From contig CAZFOY010000005.1 in the NCBI GenBank assembly GCA_964520865.1, forward strand, positions 5,737-69,736: DNA of 64,000 bases. Direction: 5' to 3'. This document shows, in pieces, positions 55,574 through 64,000 of the stretch; positions within the stretch are counted from its first letter, which is position 1, and each line of letters starts with the position of its first letter. Made by a program: the position numbers and the translations under genes. The stretch is from an uncultured Ignavibacteriales bacterium (GTDB lineage: Bacteria > Zixibacteria > MSB-5A5 > GN15 > FEB-12). The notes beneath the pieces are model-generated. The model ran no database searches, was not told the DNA's origin, and saw only the letters and a program-made list of their open reading frames with translations.

Positions 55574-56548
55574 TCAGCGCGAATATTTCCTGGCGGCCTT
55601 CTCGAACTTCGCCCGTGTGCGGCTTTTGATCAGTTTGTCGAGCCGGCGGATATCATCTTCGGAAAGACGGTTCAGCTTGTCCGGAAATTTACCCGACGCG
55701 ATCTCTCTAAACAGCTTGTCCATGCGTGTCCGGGTCGACTTATCCACTATCCGCGGGCCGTTCAGCAGTGAGCCATACCGTGCGGCAACCGAAATTCGGT
55801 GGTACATTCCCTCGACTCCGAACTTGCGAATTAAGTCGATAATGAGGTCGAGCTGATAGGCAACCTCGAGATAAGCATTCTCTGCCGGGATTCCATTTTT
55901 CAGCAAGGTGTCGAATCCAGCGATGATCAACTCGGCCATTCCGCCGCACAGGACGGCCTGTTCGCCGAACAAATCACCGACCGCTTCATTCCGGAAGGTC
56001 GTTTTCACGAGCCGCTTTCGGGCAAATCCGAGCGCCCGGGCCAGTTTGAACGCGGTACCGGCAGCCTTTCCGGTGGAGTCCCGGTGAACGGCATAGAATG
56101 CTGAGAGGTCCCGTTCGCCGAGGTACTTGGCACGCACGGCGATTCCGGGAGCATGAGGCGCAAGGAGGATTACATCGCAGTTCCTCGGCGGCTTTACGAA
56201 CCCAAAGTGTACCGAGAGGCCGTGCAAAAACACCAGCGTGCTTCCCGGCTTCAGGTTCTCCCTGATCTCTTGTTCGTAAATGCGACCGTGGAGATGATCG
56301 GGCAACGCCATCACTATAAGTGTAGCCTGACTGGTTGCTTCGCCGACAGTGCCTATCTCAGTGAATTTGTCTTTTCGTGCCCGCGTTCTGGATTTGGAGT
56401 TTCGCTTCAGACCAAGCAGAACGCGGAAGCCTGAATCGCGAAGATTCAGCGCTATCGCCCGGCCCTGTGAACCGTATCCAAGGACAGCGATCGCGGCATT
56501 TTTTCGTTTCGCGGAAGGCATAGATGCAATATACTTGCAGAGATTCAA
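55574..56548 (-). CDS. ilvC: Ketol-acid reductoisomerase (class I)
   Basis: NAAIAVLGYGSQGRAIALNLRDSG, ...PHAPG..VR..Y...G.., ...FGEQAVLCGG.... The start may be the ATG at 56521. Confidence 0.85.
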   Translation of the reverse strand: MNLCKYIASMPSAKRKNAAIAVLGYGSQGRAIALNLRDSGFRVLLGLKRNSKSRTRARKDKFTEIGTVGEATSQATLIVMALPDHLHGRIYEQEIRENLKPGSTLVFLHGLSVHFGFVKPPRNCDVILLAPHAPGIAVRAKYLGERDLSAFYAVHRDSTGKAAGTAFKLARALGFARKRLVKTTFRNEAVGDLFGEQAVLCGGMAELIIAGFDTLLKNGIPAENAYLEVAYQLDLIIDLIRKFGVEGMYHRISVAARYGSLLNGPRIVDKSTRTRMDKLFREIASGKFPDKLNRLSEDDIRRLDKLIKSRTRAKFEKAARKYSR

Positions 56549-56573
56549 TTGTCCAACGGGAAGAATCGATTCG

Positions 56574-57458
56574 ATGGAACAGTCTCATTTCGAATGTCTG
56601 CGGAAAATTGTTGAAGCTGCCTTAAAAGAGGACGTCAACAAAGGGGATCTTACTTCCCTGGCCTGCCTTGAACCGAATCCGATGAAAGCAAACATCGTGG
56701 CCAAGTCGGACGGGATCCTGTCCGGAGTGAAACCCGCGCTGCTCACGTTTGACATTGTCGACTCGGCGAATGTCGTTCGTCCACTGAAAAGCGATTCCGA
56801 GTCTTTCTCCAAAGGGGACGTGATCTTTGAGCTGGAAGGCTTCAATCAGACTCTTCTCACTGCCGAGCGGACGGCTCTCAATTTCCTCGGTCACCTCAGT
56901 GGAATCGCGACCCTCACCGGTAAGTTCGTGGACCAGGTCAAAGGCACGCGATGCCGCATCCTGGATACGAGGAAGACGGCGCCGGGGCTCCGCATGCTCG
57001 AAAAGGCGGCAGTGGTCGACGGCGGCGGCTGCAACCATCGATTCGGGCTCTACGACATGGTGCTTATCAAGGACAACCACATCGCTTCGGCCGGATCGAT
57101 CGCCGAAGCAGTCAAACGAACGAAGGAGTTTCTTACAACCCCGGAATTTCGGCTACAATTCGATGCCAGGGCGGAAGACATTCAGATTGAAGTCGAGGTT
57201 GCAACTGAATCGCAGCTTCGCGAAGCTATCGAATCCGGGATCACGCGGATTCTTTTGGATAATCAGTCGAACGATGGACTGGCTCAATTGGTCTCGGTCG
57301 CCCGACAACTGAACGACGCGGTCGAACTCGAAGCTTCAGGAAATGTCAGCCTCGATTCGGTAGCCAGAGTCGCCGCAACCGGTGTCGACTACATCTCGAT
57401 TGGTGCTCTCACCCATTCCGCAATCTCCTCGGACTTCTCAATGAAGGCGGTCGAATAG
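56574..57458 (+). CDS. nadC: Nicotinate-nucleotide pyrophosphorylase (quinolinate phosphoribosyltransferase)
   Basis: ALKEDVNKGDLTS, LTAERTALNFLGHLSGIAT, ILDTRKTAPGLRMLEKAAVVDGGGCNHRFGLYDMVLIKDNHI. The ATG at 56574 avoids the antisense overlap with ilvC. Confidence 0.93.
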   Translation: MEQSHFECLRKIVEAALKEDVNKGDLTSLACLEPNPMKANIVAKSDGILSGVKPALLTFDIVDSANVVRPLKSDSESFSKGDVIFELEGFNQTLLTAERTALNFLGHLSGIATLTGKFVDQVKGTRCRILDTRKTAPGLRMLEKAAVVDGGGCNHRFGLYDMVLIKDNHIASAGSIAEAVKRTKEFLTTPEFRLQFDARAEDIQIEVEVATESQLREAIESGITRILLDNQSNDGLAQLVSVARQLNDAVELEASGNVSLDSVARVAATGVDYISIGALTHSAISSDFSMKAVE

Positions 57459-57463
57459 TCTCA

Positions 57464-58465
57464 ATGCATGCTTCGGATCTCGAGGATTTCGCCGAACGGA
57501 TTCTTCTCCGAATCCGGAAGAAGCAGAATAAACCGGTCCCGATAACTGCCCTGTCCAAAGATTTGAAGATTTCGGAGAGCAATGTAGCGGAGGGGGTGAA
57601 AGTCATCCGTTCATGGGGCTATCGGATCAAGAAGCGGCGAAGCGGAGATATTGTTTTCGTTTCGGCGCCGGACAGCATGATAGCCACTGAGATCGGGCAC
57701 AATCTCAAAACGAAATTGATCGGGCGGAAGATTTACGCCTTTCAAAGTGTGAAGTCTACCAACGACCTCGCTGCACAACTGGCAGAACAGGGAGAACCGG
57801 AAGGTACGATCGTAACGTCGGAACAGCAGACAGTCGGCAGGGGGAGACTCGGCCGCAAATGGCATTCGCCGCCCAAGTCGGGGATCTATGTTTCAGTTAT
57901 TCTCCGCCCGAAATTCAAGCCTGAGTTGGCGCCCGGTCTCTCGGTGATGACCGCCCTCGCCCTGCGCGACGCCATTCACTCAATTTGCCCGGGAGAAGTT
58001 CGAATCAAATGGCCCAATGATATCCTGATCGCCAATAGAAAAACAGCCGGAATCCTGACCGAGCTGTATGCCGACAAAGAGAAGATTGATTTCGTTATCA
58101 TCGGCGTTGGCATCAACGTCAATATGAAAGCTGAGGAGTTTCCCGCCGATCTTCGCGCAACCGCTACTTCAATTCGCCGAGTCAACAAGCGTCGGGCCGA
58201 CAGGATCCAACTTCTGCAGTCATTTCTGAAGTGTCTCGAGAAGGAGTATGAACGCTATCGTAAGGATCAGCTGGCCGGTTCACTCAAGCGGATCAGGCGG
58301 CATTCCTCGTTGATCGGGACGACGGTTGAACTGAATATGGGGCGTCAGACTATTCGGGGGAAAGCGGTTGACATCGACAAGAGCGGGGCTCTGGTCGTCG
58401 ACATCGACGACCGACAGGTGTCGGTTGCAGGGGGAGAGGTTACGGTTGTTAAGGATATCGACTGA
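57464..58465 (+). CDS. birA: Bifunctional biotin-protein ligase / biotin operon repressor BirA (with N-terminal HTH)
   Basis: HTH: ITALSKDLKISESNVAEGVKVIRSWGYRI. Ligase: TSEQQTVGRGRLGRKWHSPPKSGIYVSVIL...KWPNDILI..RKTAGILTE. Confidence 0.92.
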   Translation: MHASDLEDFAERILLRIRKKQNKPVPITALSKDLKISESNVAEGVKVIRSWGYRIKKRRSGDIVFVSAPDSMIATEIGHNLKTKLIGRKIYAFQSVKSTNDLAAQLAEQGEPEGTIVTSEQQTVGRGRLGRKWHSPPKSGIYVSVILRPKFKPELAPGLSVMTALALRDAIHSICPGEVRIKWPNDILIANRKTAGILTELYADKEKIDFVIIGVGINVNMKAEEFPADLRATATSIRRVNKRRADRIQLLQSFLKCLEKEYERYRKDQLAGSLKRIRRHSSLIGTTVELNMGRQTIRGKAVDIDKSGALVVDIDDRQVSVAGGEVTVVKDID

Positions 58466-58908
58466 GGGCTGCTTTAGATTCGATTAGGCTTGTTACTTGA
58501 CAGGTGAGTGGACGGGTAAAGCTTCCAGGGGGAGGTGTGTCAGTTGGAGCAAGCTTTATACAGTGGACGACCCCTAATCCCGGTCGTCAAAGCCTGCCCC
58601 AACCTGACAGCAAACGGCCCCATAAACACCACTAATCCGTCTCCCCCGAAAGAAGCTTCTACTTATTTATATAGGCATCCCCCCTGTCAAATTGTGGCAG
58701 TACAACTCCACCAAAATGGACAATTTCAACGACGACAGACAGTCCCCTGATCGTTCGAAATATCGGCGCAACACTCTGATGTGCAACATCTTAATATGTC
58801 ACCTCGCATAAGTAGATTGTACCTTTTCGAGAAAAAGTATGAAGTTGATTTTGGATAAATTCGATAATTGAGGGGTAATTGGTGGGAAATACAGTTCGAG
58901 CAGTAAGC

Positions 58909-59430
58909 CTATTGGGCTCTTCGTATTCCGGCAACAATAATCGGAACCAGGACGACCTGAAGAGCAATGCCCGGCAGACCAGTCACTATCGCACCACCGG
59001 TCGAAAAGTAGGTTGCGGCAGTATAGGGGAGTTTCATAAACAATCCGAGCAGAATCAACCCAAGTCCGAACATGACCCGTCCGGCGATCATGGCCAGAAT
59101 CAGTGCGATATAAATGTTAAGTCGTAGGCGGACATAACAGAGGCCCGCGATCAGACCGTAGAGGGGAAGCTCAAGCGACATCAACGGAACGGCATATGTA
59201 GGCGGCATTCCGGTCAGCAGAAAGGAAAGCCCGGGGGCAAGCAGGCCGACCACGACTCCGGCGGCCGGCCCGACCAGAAAACCGGCCAGCAGCACCGGGA
59301 TGTGCATTGGCAAAAAAATCCGTCCGGCAATTCCGAAAGCATGAAAGCCGATCGGCAAGAGAATGGCGAGCGCCAAATACAACGCCACATGGGCTATGAA
59401 TTTAGCTCTGGCTGGAAGGGGGGGTGGCAC
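58909..59430 (-). CDS. ECF-transporter S-component-like membrane protein (substrate unknown)
   Basis: Six hydrophobic helices. FLPMHIPVLLAGFLVGPAAGVVVGLLAPGLSFLLTGMPP...MSLELPLYGLIAG matches my memory of the generic ECF S-component family. It is not a BioY sequence. Confidence 0.6.
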   Translation of the reverse strand: MPPPLPARAKFIAHVALYLALAILLPIGFHAFGIAGRIFLPMHIPVLLAGFLVGPAAGVVVGLLAPGLSFLLTGMPPTYAVPLMSLELPLYGLIAGLCYVRLRLNIYIALILAMIAGRVMFGLGLILLGLFMKLPYTAATYFSTGGAIVTGLPGIALQVVLVPIIVAGIRRAQ

Positions 59431-59440
59431 GGCTAAGTGA

Positions 59441-60046
59441 TCACTTCACATTCGAAGCCATCGCCAGGTAGAGTCCGGTGTGATCCTGCACCGAAACTTC
59501 TTCGAATTTGCTGTTGTTCAACATCTTCCGAAGGGACGATTCAGGCGGCAGGACGTCATTCTCGACCGCTCCGCCGATTCCGAGATGAACATCGGCAAGC
59601 TCCTTGGACGAAATCAGATGGATGATGTAGAACATAGCACCCGGCTTCAGCACGCGATGGGTCTCATCGATCGCCCTTTGCTGGTCGGTGAAGTGCGGAA
59701 AGGCTGAGAAGGCCACGGCCATGTCGAAGCTTGAATCGCCGAAGGGAAGGGCCGAAGCATCGGCGTCGACAACGTTGACGTTAGCGAAGGGGAAGTTCCT
59801 GTGAGCCTTCTGGGCCATTTCGTAAGAAAAGTCCACTCCGGTTACCGAGCCGGTATCCCCGACCATACGCCTGAGCATGTCGAAGAGCACCCCGGTCCCG
59901 CAACCGAGGTCCAATATATCCATGCCGGAGTTGACCTTAAGTTTCTCGACGATATGGGTGAGTCGTTCCATATCCTCGGCCGTGAACATGAGGTCCCATT
60001 CCGCCGCCAGATCATCGAAGAATTTCTGGTGTTTGTCGTGCGACAT
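59441..60046 (-). CDS. Class I SAM-dependent methyltransferase
   Basis: SAM motif ILDLGCGTGVLFDML, post-I VTGVDFS, LKPGAMFYIIH. Confidence 0.85.
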   Translation of the reverse strand: MSHDKHQKFFDDLAAEWDLMFTAEDMERLTHIVEKLKVNSGMDILDLGCGTGVLFDMLRRMVGDTGSVTGVDFSYEMAQKAHRNFPFANVNVVDADASALPFGDSSFDMAVAFSAFPHFTDQQRAIDETHRVLKPGAMFYIIHLISSKELADVHLGIGGAVENDVLPPESSLRKMLNNSKFEEVSVQDHTGLYLAMASNVK

Positions 60047-60226
60047 AGTGCAAAAATATCTTCGAAGAGGAGTATGTCAAGAAGATTCGACCTCCTTTTC
60101 CCGCTTTTGGATCTTTGTCGAAATTAAGTTGTTCTCCGGGAAAAGTGATACTGGAATCACTGTTTTCCGGGTGTGGAGAGGGCGGGAATTATGTATATTA
60201 CGTGATTCGACTTTTTCGGAGCAGTT

Positions 60227-63088
<2,862 letters not shown>

Positions 63089-63094
63089 GGCAGC

Positions 63095-63946
63095 GTGCCG
63101 GAACTTCCCGAAGTTGAAACGGTGGCCCGCACCCTGCGCGAGCTTATCGTCAGACGGACTTTCGAATCCGTCAGCGTCAAAGCGCCAAAGAGTTCTATAT
63201 TCCTGAGCAAAGCATTCAAGAAGAGGTCCTTCTCGGACGTACTGAAAGGGAGGTCCGTCCTGTCGGTCGGCAGGCGAGGAAAGAACCTGCTTATCTCCCT
63301 GTCGGGCGAAGTCACCTTGTGGGTACATCTGAAAATGACGGGGCAGTTCAGATGTATTGAGACCCCCGTGCCGCGCGACAAGCACGACCTGGTCGTTTTC
63401 ACTTTTCAGGGCAGATCGGAACGAAATCGAATGATCGAGCTGCGGTTCAACGACTACCGGCGATTCGGCAGGCTTCGTCTCTTTCCTGATGCAGAGCTCT
63501 GGCAGCAACCGGGACTACGGGGTCTTGGACCGGAGCCGCTGGAGATGTCGGCGGAGGAATTTGTCACAATCTGCTATCGGCGCCCGAGAATGATAAAGCC
63601 GGCCTTACTCGATCAAAGCTTCATCGCCGGAATCGGTAATATCTACGCGGATGAAGCGCTGTACGCGGCGCGAATTCATCCGTCGCGACCTACCACTTCG
63701 ATATCAAAGGCCAAACTTCGTGAGCTTCATTCGCATATCCAAAGACTGCTGCGCTTTGCGATTAGCAAGATGGGTACGTCGGTTGACAGCTTCGCCGGCG
63801 TGAACGGTGAGGCTGGACAGTTCCAGAAGTACCTCAAGGTATATGCCAGGGAGGGGGAGCCCTGTTCTCGCTGCGGTACTAAGATCGTCAGGAAGAAGAT
63901 GGGTGCTCGCTCGGCGCATTTCTGTCCGCGATGTCAGCGGAAATAG
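63095..63946 (+). CDS. mutM: Formamidopyrimidine-DNA glycosylase (Fpg/MutM)
   Basis: MPELPEVETV N-terminus, H2TH region LLDQSFIAGIGNIYADEALYAARIHP, C-terminal zinc finger CSRCGTKIVRKKMGARSAHFCPRCQ. Confidence 0.95.
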   Translation: MPELPEVETVARTLRELIVRRTFESVSVKAPKSSIFLSKAFKKRSFSDVLKGRSVLSVGRRGKNLLISLSGEVTLWVHLKMTGQFRCIETPVPRDKHDLVVFTFQGRSERNRMIELRFNDYRRFGRLRLFPDAELWQQPGLRGLGPEPLEMSAEEFVTICYRRPRMIKPALLDQSFIAGIGNIYADEALYAARIHPSRPTTSISKAKLRELHSHIQRLLRFAISKMGTSVDSFAGVNGEAGQFQKYLKVYAREGEPCSRCGTKIVRKKMGARSAHFCPRCQRK

Positions 63947-63981
63947 ACACTCGCGTAATATAAATGGGCATAAGAAAACCC

Positions 63982-64000
63982 ACCCCGCACGAAGCGGGGT
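63982..64000 (+). terminator. Hairpin after mutM (possible terminator, truncated by the window end)
   Basis: accccgc acgaa gcggggt. The following sequence is not visible. Confidence 0.4.

Noticed and set aside
56349-56573. 75-codon N-terminal extension of nadC.
   Set aside because: It is antisense overlap with the ilvC 5' region. The NadC homology starts at MEQSHFE (56574).
58528-58605. tRNA-like impression (GTCAGTTGGAGCA D-loop-like string, GGGG...CCCC ends about 75 nt apart).
   Set aside because: No cloverleaf can be drawn. The only good hairpin (GACGACC-N9-GGTCGTC) has a 7-bp stem and a 9-nt loop without the T-loop sequence, and the acceptor pairing needs a bulge.
58560-58760. G-quadruplex potential on the minus strand (several GGGG/GGGGG runs).
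   Set aside because: The runs are separated by about 20-40 nt, far beyond canonical G4 loop lengths.

Overview
64-kb chromosomal window from a moderately GC-rich bacterium. Several secreted proteins end in type IX secretion (T9SS) C-terminal sorting domains, so the source is probably an FCB-group or related candidate-phylum organism. About 57 protein genes are supported. Layout: (i) 1-8.7 kb is an accessory-looking locus of four consecutive secreted proteins built from cohesin-like, dockerin-like and Ig/cadherin-like modules, two of them with T9SS sorting domains and none with a recognisable catalytic domain. (ii) 8.7-9.4 kb is an ORF-poor gap. (iii) 9.4-17.3 kb holds a pseudo-hydrolase, a flavodiiron protein, an FG-GAP/T9SS protein and a MoxR-DUF58 operon. 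(iv) 17.3-27.1 kb is the classic origin-proximal block rpmH-rnpA-yidD-yidC-mnmE-mnmG-rsmG-parA-parB, extended by an M23 peptidase and a bactofilin. It ends at a phased DnaA-box cluster plus AT-rich tract (candidate oriC), contains two parS-like sites, and has no dnaA next to rpmH. (v) 28.1-32.3 kb is a TPP (THI-box) riboswitch driving a TonB-dependent receptor plus a sodium:solute symporter. (vi) 32.4-64 kb is housekeeping and redox genes: DoxX, SDR, GalT-family, arsM, rex with a consensus promoter and Rex operator, alr, rubrerythrin-like, yggS-divIVA, punA, iscU, a HEAT-cyclophilin fusion, a TonB receptor plus tandem HmuY-like lipoprotein, ilvC, nadC, birA, uvrA, mutM. An ICMT-family methyltransferase is interrupted by one in-frame TAA. 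No rRNA, tRNA, CRISPR array, transposase or integrase was seen. All calls come from reading the translations and the DNA by eye. No HMM, BLAST or covariance-model search was run.
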